Positions 8,012 to 17,244 of a stretch of DNA of 32,000 bases are shown one piece after another; the stretch's first letter is position 1, and the number at the start of each line of letters is the position of its first letter. The notes below the pieces were generated by a model. It was given only the letters and a program-made list of their open reading frames with translations. It was not told where the DNA came from and did not search any database. The position numbers were made by a program, and so were the translations under genes. Origin of the DNA: Candidatus Babelota bacterium (lineage in GTDB: Bacteria; Babelota; Babeliae; Babelales; Vermiphilaceae); the NCBI GenBank assembly GCA_039809905.1, contig JBDHVY010000001.1:840001-872000 (forward strand). The letters are read 5' to 3'.

Positions 8012-8755
8012 CTATTGCGCTGCCAAATACAAAGCAATTGATCCAGCAACAGCGGCGTTTAAACTTTCAAAATTTCCTGGCATTGGTAAGGTGATTTTTT
8101 GATCGCATTGTTCAACCCACTGTTGAGGTATTCCGTTAGCTTCATTGCCTATTACAATCAATGTATCTTTTAAAGCAACTTCATGAGGATTTTTTCCATC
8201 TGTGGCAACTAATGCGCATAAAGAAATATTTTTCTTATGTAATAATAAATCATGCCAATTAATGCAAAAAAGAGAAACCATGCCAATTGCTCCAGCAGAT
8301 GCCTGTACTACCTTTGGATTCCAAGGATCAACACTTTCTATACACACAACTGTTTTTTTATTCATGGCAGCAGCTGTCCGAATAAGTGTTCCCATATTGC
8401 CAGGGTCTGCTATTTTTGCTAAAACAATTCCTGTACCAAGCGTATCAAATGATGATTGTTGTGGTATGCGAAATATCGCAAGAAAACCACTTGGTGTTTT
8501 TGAACTACTCATTTTATTCATTACGTGCGATGTAACTTCTATAATAAATGAATCAGATGCAATTTGTTGTGCATCATACAAAAATTCTTCTGTCGCAAAA
8601 AGAGTTATTAATTGGCTGCCAGCAGCAATAAGTGTTGAAATAGTACGAAAACCTTCAGCAATAAATTCTTGATGTTTATCGCGATATTTTGAGCTATGCA
8701 GTTGTATTGCTCGCTTGATGAGAGCGTTTTCGGTTGAAGTTATTAGTTTTATCAT
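8012..8755 (-). CDS. TrmH/SpoU-family RNA 2'-O-methyltransferase (RlmB-like)
   Basis: SpoU motifs: DPGNMGTLIRTA, VIGNEANGI, ESLNAAVAGSIALY. An N-terminal substrate-binding-type domain is present. Starts 6 nt downstream of tgt, so likely co-transcribed. Confidence 0.85.
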   Translation of the reverse strand: MIKLITSTENALIKRAIQLHSSKYRDKHQEFIAEGFRTISTLIAAGSQLITLFATEEFLYDAQQIASDSFIIEVTSHVMNKMSSSKTPSGFLAIFRIPQQSSFDTLGTGIVLAKIADPGNMGTLIRTAAAMNKKTVVCIESVDPWNPKVVQASAGAIGMVSLFCINWHDLLLHKKNISLCALVATDGKNPHEVALKDTLIVIGNEANGIPQQWVEQCDQKITLPMPGNFESLNAAVAGSIALYLAAQ

Positions 8756-8761
8756 TAGTTT

Positions 8762-9892
8762 TTATATTTCGTTATCCATAATTTTTCTTCTATATTCTGC
8801 CATTAATTGCACCATAAAATGAAGGTTATGAATAGTTGCTAAAGTATATGCACTCAATTCAGCTGCTTTAAAAAGATGGTGTAGATATGCTCGCGTAAAA
8901 TTCTGGCAGGTATAACAGGTGCATGTCTCATCGATTGGTCTGAAATAAGTTGCATTGGTTGCATGGCCAATTTTGACAAAACCTTTGGTAGTAAAGAGTA
9001 ATCCATGACGTGCACAACGTGTAGGATGTGAGCTATCAAATGTATCGATGCCAAGTTTAATAATCGGTTCAAGTGATGCTAAATCTCCAATCCCAAGTAA
9101 ATGATTAGGCTTATCTTCTGGCAGGAACGGCATCATATGCGTGAGCATTTCAATCATTTCTTCTCTATTTTTTCCCATGCTTCCCCCAATGGCGTGGCCA
9201 TCAAAAGGTAATTGAGTTAAAAATTCACAACTTTGCTTGCGCAAATCTTTGTTAATACCGCCATGAATGACCGAATACATTGCTTGCTGTTGTGGGTTTT
9301 TCAAATGTGCATCAAGAGATCTTTTTTCCCAGCGGTGGGTTCTGTGCAGCGAGTTAATTAATTTTCTTGGATCAATGTGATACGGTGGTAATTCATCAAA
9401 AGGAATAATAATATCGGCACCAAGATCTTTTTGAGCGGCAATAGAAGTTTCTGGTGTGAGTAATATTTTTTTTCCATCACGATAAGATCGGAATAAAACA
9501 CCTTCTTCTGATGTTTTTAACACAAGGTTGTTGCCTGTTTTTTGTCCACGGCTTTTGAGTTCGTCTTTTACGGTACCATATGCAAGGCTAAAAACTTGAA
9601 ATCCGCCGGAATCAGTAATGATAGGCATTTTTCTATTGATAAATGAATGTAATCCTCCCGCTTGCTTTACTATTTCTGTGCCTGGTTGAAGCATAAGATG
9701 GTAGGTGTTACAAAACATCAATTGCAAGCCAATCTGATCAACCATAACGGGATCAAGAGCTTTGAGTGATCCATTAGTTCCAACGCCTACAAAGCTTGGG
9801 GTATCAATAATGCCATGTGGTGTATGAATACGACCAACGCGGGCACGTGATTTTTTTGATCGGTGAATAAGTTCAAATTTAAAGTAGGACAT
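8762..9892 (-). CDS. tgt: tRNA-guanine transglycosylase (queuine/preQ1 tRNA-ribosyltransferase), divergent pocket
   Basis: Tgt motifs: ITDSGGFQVFSL, FDSSHPTR, and the zinc site CTCYTCQNFTRAYLHHL. The pocket segments read FDEL and GGSMGK instead of the canonical FDEC and GGLAVGE. Confidence 0.9.
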   Translation of the reverse strand: MSYFKFELIHRSKKSRARVGRIHTPHGIIDTPSFVGVGTNGSLKALDPVMVDQIGLQLMFCNTYHLMLQPGTEIVKQAGGLHSFINRKMPIITDSGGFQVFSLAYGTVKDELKSRGQKTGNNLVLKTSEEGVLFRSYRDGKKILLTPETSIAAQKDLGADIIIPFDELPPYHIDPRKLINSLHRTHRWEKRSLDAHLKNPQQQAMYSVIHGGINKDLRKQSCEFLTQLPFDGHAIGGSMGKNREEMIEMLTHMMPFLPEDKPNHLLGIGDLASLEPIIKLGIDTFDSSHPTRCARHGLLFTTKGFVKIGHATNATYFRPIDETCTCYTCQNFTRAYLHHLFKAAELSAYTLATIHNLHFMVQLMAEYRRKIMDNEI

Positions 9893-9931
9893 GAGTAATT
9901 TACCTATATTATTTATATCCTATAAGTATAG

Positions 9932-9969
9932 CAATAAAAAAGAAAAGCCCCTACAAAAAGGGGCTTTTT
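9932..9969 (-). terminator. Rho-independent terminator of the Na+/solute symporter gene
   Basis: Stem AAAAGCCCCT (9943-9952) / AGGGGCTTTT (9959-9968). On the minus strand it is followed by TTTTCTTTTTTATT. Confidence 0.7.
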
Positions 9970-9992
9970 GATCTGAAGGTATGCAAGCGTTG

Positions 9993-11450
9993 CTATCCAA
10001 CGATTAGTTTCTCACGTTTGGTTAACCAGGAAACTAAATAAGACATGATAATACTCAAGAAGAATCCTGGAATTACTGCCGGGATTTCAAGAGCGTAATG
10101 TTCTGAGAAAAAAGGTAATCCGAATATATGCCAAGAAAGAGCAATAAATCCTCCTATTAGTATACATGTATATGCGCCATATTTGTTAATGTATGTGCTG
10201 TGTAATGATAAAAAAACAAGAGGCCCAAAAGTGCAACCGAAACCCATCCAGGCATAATGTACAAGTTGTTGAATACTATCTGTTTGATTAAAACTTACGC
10301 AGAAACTAAAAAGTGCGATTAAAAGTATGCTCAATCGATATATCCAGAGAAGTTCTTTTGCAGTAGCGTTTTTACGTATAGTTGCATGATACAAATCTTC
10401 GGTCATGACAGAAACAAGGACAAGTGTTTGTGCAGTGATTACCGAAAGAGTAGCGCCTGCAACTGCAGAAAGAATAAAACCAGTAACAAGAGGGGTATAA
10501 AGACTTTTTACTATTTCTATGAAAATAAGTTCTTTGTTTGGTATAGGAACTGAAAAATAAGCTATTCCAATAAGACCTACCAACCCTGCAGCAGTTAATA
10601 CGCTTATTTGCCATGCCATACCAATGTATTGTGCTTTAGCCATTTCTTTTACATCATTGATACCCATAAATTTTGTTAAAATATGAGGTGTGCCAAAGTA
10701 ACCCACTGCCCAGCTGATTGATATAAATATCGCGTTAAGCAAAGCAGTCCAAGAATCAGGAAATAATGATAGTGAAATATTATGGGCACTTGCTGCTGTA
10801 ATTATGGCGCCGTATCCACCAATAAATGAAAGGGCAGTATAAGGAACATAAAAAATAACCATTAATAAAAATAATGCCTGAAAACAGTCAATCCATGCTA
10901 AGGTACGATATCCGCCCAGCGAAATATAACCAACGGTGCAAAGAATGGCAATAATGAGTCCTACAAAATAAGGAACATGAAAAACAGATTCTACGAGTAA
11001 ACCGAAACCTTTTAATCCTGCGGCAATGTAGACTCCAAAAAAAATAATCGATAAAACAGCACTTATTAATCGAATTGTTCCCGAATTATCATTAAAATGA
11101 CGTTCAAAATAAGTTGATAATGTAAAGCAATCATAATGAGCTGTTTTAGTTCGTAATTGTGGTGCTATAAATTGCCATACAATAAACATGCCACTAATAA
11201 GCCCTATAGCTATCCATGCATTGATCATTCCACCTGCATATAAAGCACCTGGAAATGCCATAAAAAGCCAATCACTCATGTCGCTAGCATGAGCAGATAG
11301 AGCTGTTAGCACGTAATTTACTGATCTGTTTCCTAAAATTGTTTCAGAGTACTGAGTAGAAATATTTTTTTTTCTGCTCATATAAGAAATAATAGCAATA
11401 ATGCCAATGATAAAAAAATACGTAACAAATCCAACCAATAATAAAGACAT
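9993..11450 (-). CDS. Sodium:solute symporter family transporter, PutP-like (Na+/proline)
   Basis: 485 aa polytopic protein. ILGNRSVNYVLTALSAHASDMSDWLFMAFPGA closely parallels the E. coli PutP segment [31 protein letters not shown] as I recall it. Confidence 0.8.
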   Translation of the reverse strand: MSLLLVGFVTYFFIIGIIAIISYMSRKKNISTQYSETILGNRSVNYVLTALSAHASDMSDWLFMAFPGALYAGGMINAWIAIGLISGMFIVWQFIAPQLRTKTAHYDCFTLSTYFERHFNDNSGTIRLISAVLSIIFFGVYIAAGLKGFGLLVESVFHVPYFVGLIIAILCTVGYISLGGYRTLAWIDCFQALFLLMVIFYVPYTALSFIGGYGAIITAASAHNISLSLFPDSWTALLNAIFISISWAVGYFGTPHILTKFMGINDVKEMAKAQYIGMAWQISVLTAAGLVGLIGIAYFSVPIPNKELIFIEIVKSLYTPLVTGFILSAVAGATLSVITAQTLVLVSVMTEDLYHATIRKNATAKELLWIYRLSILLIALFSFCVSFNQTDSIQQLVHYAWMGFGCTFGPLVFLSLHSTYINKYGAYTCILIGGFIALSWHIFGLPFFSEHYALEIPAVIPGFFLSIIMSYLVSWLTKREKLIVG

Positions 11451-11700
11451 GGTTTTCTCCGTAAAATAAAAATTTATTATAATAACGTTTGTATGAAGAA
11501 AAGATGAATAAGGAGATTATTGTGTACCGCCACGCGGAATTAGGGCGTTGTATTTGGTAGTAAAGAATAGAATGAAAGATTTAGCATAAATAGTCATAAG
11601 AAGTCTCATTGAGAGTTTCGTATTAAAGCCAATTATTGTCATTTTAATGGATAGTATTTCTAAAGGCAATCTTTTTTATACAAAAAATGATTCATGAGAG

Positions 11701-12369
11701 TTACTTCTGTGTTGCGGCATAAATTTTACGAGAAAAGCTGACAAATGGAGTAGCAATCAAGATGCTCATGAGTTTGACTGAGTAGCTAATAATGATAACT
11801 TCTCCAATGTTATCGATAATGCCATAAAGACCTAAAAAGCTAAATAAAATGGTATCAAGAAGCTGGCAAAACGCTATGGAAGCATAGTTACGTAGTACAA
11901 TATACTTGCTTTGGAAAGTTTTTTTCAGTATGCCATAAAGATAGTAGTCAGTCATTTGAGTGAATAAGTATACCGAAAATGAAGCTACTACGATTCGTGG
12001 CATGAGTTGTAATATGGGTATAAAGTGTTGTTGCGCCGTATCAGCTATATCAGGAATATAAAGGAGATGAATTTGTGATATGATCGCGTAAAAAATAAGG
12101 AGAAAAAAGTTGATCCAGATGGTCTTTTTGGTAATTTCTTTGCCAAAATATTCTTGTAGTAAATTAAGTCCGATGGTTGCTCCAACCGTAAAAGCATCAG
12201 CGCACGTTGCGGTTAATCCAAATAGGGTGATCTGTTTGATAACAAAAAGATTTGCGAGTATGCATTGAATGCATACAAATGCAACAAGGGCGCTACTGCC
12301 CAGAGCAAGAGCTCCTAGGGCGAATCCGGCAATAATTAGGGTGTGAAGTATAAAAATTAATTCATTCAT
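11701..12369 (-). CDS. YhhQ / COG1738 (DUF165) family queuosine-precursor transporter-like membrane protein
   Basis: 222 aa with about 6 TM segments. Family-like motifs LLQEYFGKE and QLLDTILFSFLGLYG, matched from memory of the COG1738 pattern xEVYG and DSxLF. Lies two genes from tgt. Confidence 0.65.
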   Translation of the reverse strand: MNELIFILHTLIIAGFALGALALGSSALVAFVCIQCILANLFVIKQITLFGLTATCADAFTVGATIGLNLLQEYFGKEITKKTIWINFFLLIFYAIISQIHLLYIPDIADTAQQHFIPILQLMPRIVVASFSVYLFTQMTDYYLYGILKKTFQSKYIVLRNYASIAFCQLLDTILFSFLGLYGIIDNIGEVIIISYSVKLMSILIATPFVSFSRKIYAATQK

Positions 12370-12474
12370 GGTGAAATCAGTAGCCTTTTGAAATATTATT
12401 CCTTTTATGATATATTTATTTCTAATATATTACAAATTAACAATCGAAAACATAGAAAGATAAGAGAGATTATT

Positions 12475-13071
12475 ATGGTATCGAGTACGATTAAGAATGG
12501 CAAATTATTTGGAATTTTAGTAAGCAGTATGCTTTTCACTGCGTCTGCTGCTGAGCAATCGCGATTTAGGCCAATTGATAAAAAGAGAATAGAAGCTAAT
12601 AGTAATGCTATCAAAAAATATATCGAACAAACAGGTAGTAATGTTAATTTGGGTCAAACCTTTGGAAAAAGTGCAGCATATTGGACAAAAGGAATAAGCT
12701 ATAAAGCATTCGAAGCTATGCCCATTTTATTTTTTAAAGATCGTAAGGGTAAAGAACGAGCAATTGAGCAATTAAATACTGATCAAGCAATTCAATATAT
12801 GAATGGTACAAAAACAGAGTTTGTAGAAAAATATCTTCTGTATCCTAAAGCAGAACTAAAAATTAATACAATAGCAGAGTTTTTACACGATAAAACAGTT
12901 GATAATTTGAGTGTGCCTGAATCTGAAAAAAATAAATTAAAACAACAGCCTTTATTGATTGTAGATTATTTACATGATACTGCGGTAAAAGAGCAATATA
13001 TGAATTTAACGAGTCGCCATATCTGTGTCCAGTTTTTTGTAGAACAAGAATTTGGTAAGCCAGCGAATTAA
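12475..13071 (+). CDS. Hypothetical secreted protein (198 aa)
   Basis: I prefer the internal ATG at 12475. It is preceded by AGAGAG and gives the signal-like N-terminus MVSSTIKNGKLFGILVSSMLFTASA. The track start at 12388 adds 29 non-signal residues. Confidence 0.55.
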   Translation: MVSSTIKNGKLFGILVSSMLFTASAAEQSRFRPIDKKRIEANSNAIKKYIEQTGSNVNLGQTFGKSAAYWTKGISYKAFEAMPILFFKDRKGKERAIEQLNTDQAIQYMNGTKTEFVEKYLLYPKAELKINTIAEFLHDKTVDNLSVPESEKNKLKQQPLLIVDYLHDTAVKEQYMNLTSRHICVQFFVEQEFGKPAN

Positions 13072-13072
13072 A

Positions 13073-14056
13073 TTATAATAACGGATTTTCTTTAAAGCCG
13101 ATTAATTGGCATTCTGCTTGTGGCAGGATGCCAAATTTATTGTGTACAAGATTCTGCATTTCCCGTGCAAGCATAATGATATCAGTGCTCGTCGCGGATC
13201 CTAAATTAACAATCATATTGGCATGTTGTGGTGATACGATAGCATTGCCAACTTTGAGTGTTCCTTTTACACCAATTTTATCAAGATAATAGGCAACAAA
13301 AATTATTTTTTTATTATCAACAACAAGTGTTACTTCATCAGCAAAAAAATTTCTGAAAAAACTACCGCATGTTCGCACCTGTGGATAACGATGTGCGCGG
13401 TGTCGGATGATTTCTGTTTGTCTACCTCTTGCAAAAGCTGTTTGTTCTTGTGTTGCGCGCGTTAATTTGAATGTTGCATTTACTAAAAAATAATCTTTTT
13501 TATGTAATTCTGAATCGTTATATCCAAAATTAAACCATTGAGCATCAACGGTGTGCAAAGTACCATTCTTTTTATGAAGAACTTGTGCATGTTCAAGAAA
13601 ATGTGCAAGTAAAAATTCAAAATAATGAAGATTGATATATACTGATCCGCCAACTGTTCCCGGAATACCACTAAATTCTTCAAGGCCAATAAGATTATTT
13701 TGTAAGCAATAATCAATTAAGTTTGGCATGGTTACTCCTGCATCAGCGCATATTAATGCAGTTGTGCTATCTTGGCAAGAAATCGTTATTTGTTGCAATA
13801 AAGGACGAATAACAAGACCATCAAATCCATCATCGCTGATTAATATATTTGCCCCCTGACCAAGAATAAATATATCCAGAGAGTGTGTAGTTGCGTAGTG
13901 TATTGCCTCTTGAAATTGTTGAGCAGATGTTGGTTCGCAATAGAATCGAGCTGGACCACCGGTGCCAAACCAGTTTTTATCCGCCAAAGGGATGTTGGTG
14001 GAAATGATCAGAGGATTGTGTTGAGTAGGGGTAGTGGTTGAAGTGGTTTTTTGCAT
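13073..14056 (-). CDS. murB: UDP-N-acetylenolpyruvoylglucosamine reductase
   Basis: MurB motifs: FGTGGPARFYCEP, LGQGANILISDDGFDG, GIPGTVGGSVYINLHYF, CGSFFRN. Start placed at ATG 14056 (MQKTT…) because the longer track ORF overlaps the upstream gene. Confidence 0.9.
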   Translation of the reverse strand: MQKTTSTTTPTQHNPLIISTNIPLADKNWFGTGGPARFYCEPTSAQQFQEAIHYATTHSLDIFILGQGANILISDDGFDGLVIRPLLQQITISCQDSTTALICADAGVTMPNLIDYCLQNNLIGLEEFSGIPGTVGGSVYINLHYFEFLLAHFLEHAQVLHKKNGTLHTVDAQWFNFGYNDSELHKKDYFLVNATFKLTRATQEQTAFARGRQTEIIRHRAHRYPQVRTCGSFFRNFFADEVTLVVDNKKIIFVAYYLDKIGVKGTLKVGNAIVSPQHANMIVNLGSATSTDIIMLAREMQNLVHNKFGILPQAECQLIGFKENPLL

Positions 14057-14069
14057 TACTAATAATTTT

Positions 14070-14981
14070 CTATATCGTACAACTTTTATTAAATTCAGGT
14101 CGCTGCTGTACTTTATTTTCTGCCAACAAAGTCTGACATTGTTCACTGCATGTTTTTTCTAATTTTTCTATACATGTTGCGCACGCAATAAAGTGTTCAT
14201 TACACATTGCATTAAGGCAATTATGGTAATCATCACATGGTTTTGTGCAGATTGCGCAAGAGCCGATAATATCATCATTAACCTTAACAGCGATTCTGCC
14301 ATCAAAAACATAATTTTTCCCGCGGAAAAACCCATCAGGATATTGTTCTACATAGCGATGGATACCGCCATCCATTTGATAGACTTTTTTTGCTATATTT
14401 TTTTCATTTAAGTATGCAGATGCGCGTTCGCAACGTATGCCACCAGTGCAATACATAAGTACTTGTTTATCTTTAAATTGGTCAAGATTTTCTTCCAAAT
14501 ATTGAGGTAAATCTCTGAAGTTTTCAATATTAGGAGTGATTGCATTTTCAAATTTGCCAATTGCCCATTCATAATTGTTGCGTGCATCAAGAATGACAAG
14601 GTCTTCTGGTTGGTTTGCAATAAGTTCATGGGTTTGTTCTGGACTTAAATGCTGGCCGCAATTGCGTGGGGTAAGAGTATCATAGGGAATACCAAGAGAT
14701 ACCGCTTCATTGCGCACTTTCACCGAAAGACGCGGAAAGCATTCTGGACCACCTGTGCTTTCTTTAAAATCTATATTTCCAAACAATTCATGTTCAGACA
14801 TGAGGTTTTTATATTGGTCAAGATTTTCTGATAAACCACCCAACGTGCCATTAATGCCTTCATGGCTGATGAGGATTCTGCCTTTCAATTGCAAGTCTTG
14901 GCATATTTGCTGTTGCCACTTCATAACTTGCTTTGGATAAGCTATTTCAATGTATTTATAAAAGAGAATTATTTTATTCAT
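14070..14981 (-). CDS. trhO: Rhodanese-domain tRNA U34 hydroxylase (UPF0176/YceA family)
   Basis: N-terminal ILFYKYIEI…GRILISHEGINGTLGG, the rhodanese active-site loop MYCTGGIRCERASAYL, and a Cys-rich C-terminus. Start placed at ATG 14981 (MNKIILFYKY). Confidence 0.8.
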   Translation of the reverse strand: MNKIILFYKYIEIAYPKQVMKWQQQICQDLQLKGRILISHEGINGTLGGLSENLDQYKNLMSEHELFGNIDFKESTGGPECFPRLSVKVRNEAVSLGIPYDTLTPRNCGQHLSPEQTHELIANQPEDLVILDARNNYEWAIGKFENAITPNIENFRDLPQYLEENLDQFKDKQVLMYCTGGIRCERASAYLNEKNIAKKVYQMDGGIHRYVEQYPDGFFRGKNYVFDGRIAVKVNDDIIGSCAICTKPCDDYHNCLNAMCNEHFIACATCIEKLEKTCSEQCQTLLAENKVQQRPEFNKSCTI

Positions 14982-15122
14982 GATAAAAAGCCTGCGATAG
15001 ATAAACAAATATATTGCTTTCAGTATAACACATTATCTCCATTTTTTAACCCCACAATTGTAGTTTTGCTTGATTGCCTGTTATATTCGGTTTTAATCGT
15101 AAAAATATAAAAGGGAGATTAT

Positions 15123-15866
15123 ATGAAAAAAAATAGATTTTTTATGCTTATTTTCCTTGTTTTAGCAAGTTCATCATCGATGCTTTTTACAGCGCCAGTG
15201 CAAGAGGCAGGGTATTATGAGCGTTTTAATCAAAGTTTGAGTTCTATAAAGCAGTCAATTTATAATGGAATGTCTTTTGTATGGAATTTGCCGGCATATA
15301 TTAAGGCTTATTTTAATCGATCAGCATCTCCTTTGGCAGCTCATGTTAAAATGGAATTGGAAGGAAAGCCATTTGAAGGATTTTGGCTTAATGTTTCTCA
15401 AGATAGTAATGAGGTAAAGCAATTAAGGAAAAAATTGAATATTTCTGGAATTTATTTTGCTGATGGATCTGATATAACAATATATGAAAAACTGAAATCA
15501 ACTTTTTCTCCAGAGCAGCAGTACATTGAAAATGGTTTTAGTATAAATAAAGATAACACTGTTTCAGCATGCATGTTTAGGCTTTTGAACGATATGATAA
15601 GCATGAATCAGAGAAAAGCGATTAGTGCGCAAGAGTTGAGTGTTTACGTGAGACTATTATGGGAACTTGATAATATTCTTCCTGCTTCTTTTGATAGTGA
15701 TAGCAACGGAGATTTATTTATTGCTTTTGCACAAAAAATGGTGAAAGATAAGCCAACAACTGTTTCTATGCAGCAGCTATTATCAGCATGGCAAAAAGAT
15801 AGTCATAGATTTCATAAAAATGAAGGATTACAAAAAGCTATTGAACGAGTTAGTAATCTTGTTTAA
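15123..15866 (+). CDS. Hypothetical secreted protein (247 aa)
   Basis: AGGGAGA lies upstream of the ATG. Signal-like N-terminus MKKNRFFMLIFLVLASSSSMLFTA. No recognisable domain. Confidence 0.6.
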   Translation: MKKNRFFMLIFLVLASSSSMLFTAPVQEAGYYERFNQSLSSIKQSIYNGMSFVWNLPAYIKAYFNRSASPLAAHVKMELEGKPFEGFWLNVSQDSNEVKQLRKKLNISGIYFADGSDITIYEKLKSTFSPEQQYIENGFSINKDNTVSACMFRLLNDMISMNQRKAISAQELSVYVRLLWELDNILPASFDSDSNGDLFIAFAQKMVKDKPTTVSMQQLLSAWQKDSHRFHKNEGLQKAIERVSNLV

Positions 15867-15887
15867 AAAATGTTTGAAAGGTAAACA

Positions 15888-16436
15888 ATGAAAAAAATAA
15901 TAACAATAGGCTTGTTTTCAATGACTTGTGTTTTATGTAGTATGGATGCACCCAACAAAATGATTTCAGAACCATCTCGTCCTTATTTCCGTCCAATTAA
16001 TCCTGAGGTTGAAAAGCGGTGTAATGTTGCTCAATGGCAGAGTGAACTGGCTTATGCTGTAGCTCTTAATAAAAAGAATGCATTGCCTGGTTTATTAGTG
16101 CAAGCGGGTAAAGATGCTACTGAACTTATTTGTAGTGCTAATTCAGCATATGGTCCAATACTGAAAATTACTTATGTTGAAAATACTCCAGAAATCAGAA
16201 AATTATTAATGAAATATATGGATGAAGAGTATTGTAAAAAATGTTTTTATCGAGAACTAGTAGAGCTGCATGCTGCTTGGGAGTTTAATAATTCACAAAA
16301 AAATTTAAAAAGAACGTGCCCTGCTGCTGAAAGTCTTGTGCGCGATTTTCATCAGCAAGATTCTTTTAAGTATTATTTGACAAATCAAGAATGTGAAAAG
16401 TTAGGTATAGCCAAAAATACTATGTTAAGCCAATAA
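15888..16436 (+). CDS. Hypothetical secreted protein (182 aa, Cys-rich)
   Basis: AAGG lies upstream of the ATG. Signal-like N-terminus MKKIITIGLFSMTCVLCS. Starts 21 nt after the previous gene, so probably forms an operon with it. Confidence 0.6.
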   Translation: MKKIITIGLFSMTCVLCSMDAPNKMISEPSRPYFRPINPEVEKRCNVAQWQSELAYAVALNKKNALPGLLVQAGKDATELICSANSAYGPILKITYVENTPEIRKLLMKYMDEEYCKKCFYRELVELHAAWEFNNSQKNLKRTCPAAESLVRDFHQQDSFKYYLTNQECEKLGIAKNTMLSQ

Positions 16437-16453
16437 ATAGGAGCTAAAAAAGT

Positions 16454-16481
16454 CCCCAATCAGAATGTAATGGGATTGGGG
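16454..16481 (+). terminator. Weak candidate terminator after 15888..16436
   Basis: 8-bp stem CCCCAATC / GATTGGGG with a 12-nt loop, followed by CTCATTT. The T-run is poor. Confidence 0.3.
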
Positions 16482-16572
16482 CTCATTTAAATAATTTGCA
16501 TAATTTTAATGATGTGCTATTAATCGAATGGTAACGAGTAATATTGTTGTATCATAACCAAAGGGCGAATCT

Positions 16573-17187
16573 ATGATGAAGCGTTATGTAATGGAGTTTG
16601 TAGGAACATTTTTTTTGACGGTTGCAATTAGTTTGATGGCTAATCCCATAGCAATTGGCTTAATGTTAATGGCGATGATTTATGTTGGAGGACATGTTTC
16701 AGGAGCACATTTTAATCCAGCAGTTAGTTTTGTATGTTTAGTTCAAAATCGCTTAGATTTTGCTGGCATGATGAAATATATTGCAGCGCAAACGTTGGGT
16801 GCATGTTTGGGTCTTTGTGTTTTTGGAATGATTACGAGTGGTACTTTTGGATTAGATATAGTTCCAGGCAGTCCTATTTTTGGTCCTATGGTAATTGAAG
16901 CATTGTTTGCATTAGTACTTGCTTGGGTGTATGTAACAATGAATCTTATGAATCGCTATAAAGATACTGCAATTCCAGGGGTTGTTCTTGGTTTAACATT
17001 AATGATGATAGCCTTTGCAGGCGGATTATTTAATCCAGCTGTTGCTATGGCATCAATTGCGTGCAATATAGTACAAGGTGGTGAAATGGCAGCAGGAATG
17101 GGTGGAGTGCTTGTGTATATCGTTGGGCCAATGCTTGGTGCGTTTGGTGCATCATTTATGTTTGATTATTTTAAATCAGAAATATAA
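16573..17187 (+). CDS. MIP-family channel (aquaporin-like), compact 204 aa
   Basis: Both NPA boxes are present: HVSGAHFNPAVS and GGLFNPAVAMA. Six hydrophobic segments. Confidence 0.9.
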   Translation: MMKRYVMEFVGTFFLTVAISLMANPIAIGLMLMAMIYVGGHVSGAHFNPAVSFVCLVQNRLDFAGMMKYIAAQTLGACLGLCVFGMITSGTFGLDIVPGSPIFGPMVIEALFALVLAWVYVTMNLMNRYKDTAIPGVVLGLTLMMIAFAGGLFNPAVAMASIACNIVQGGEMAAGMGGVLVYIVGPMLGAFGASFMFDYFKSEI

Positions 17188-17200
17188 GTTTTTTATCAAA

Positions 17201-17244
17201 AAAAGACAACGGCATGGAGGTAATCCATGTCGTTGTCTTTTTTT
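17201..17244 (+). terminator. Rho-independent terminator of the aquaporin gene
   Basis: 14-bp stem GACAACGGCATGGA / TCCATGTCGTTGTC with one G-T wobble and loop GGTAA, followed by T7. Confidence 0.85.

Noticed and set aside
8202-8672. 156-aa + strand ORF, plus other short track ORFs nested in or antisense to larger genes (2680..2871, 2905..3237, 4587..4781, 6814..6999, 8854..9072, 10372..10614, 12405..12614, 13483..13716, 14193..14411, 14408..14629, 14649..14831, 14710..14940, 14862..15110, 17078..17278, 18270..18485, 19379..19597, 20262..20450, 20521..20706, 20552..20734, 22978..23223, 23633..23851, 25502..25732, 26157..26381, 26201..26416, 26648..26854, 28469..28681)
   Set aside because: Each overlaps a longer ORF that carries clear family motifs or a signal sequence. 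None has recognisable motifs of its own. Such shadow ORFs are expected in long genes.
11451-11700. Possible preQ1 riboswitch upstream of the symporter or yhhQ-like gene (also checked 12370-12474)
   Set aside because: Neither strand shows the small hairpin followed by an A-rich tail ending in CUA that is typical of preQ1-I. Only a small GC patch (ACCGCCACGCGG) of unknown meaning is present.
12388-12474. Longer N-terminal extensions given by the track for several genes (starts at 12388, 14146, 15008, 19752, 20206, 22256, 28747, 28776)
   Set aside because: Internal ATGs give proper signal peptides or family-typical N-termini, have better RBS context, and remove overlaps with upstream genes. The extensions are likely just open upstream sequence.
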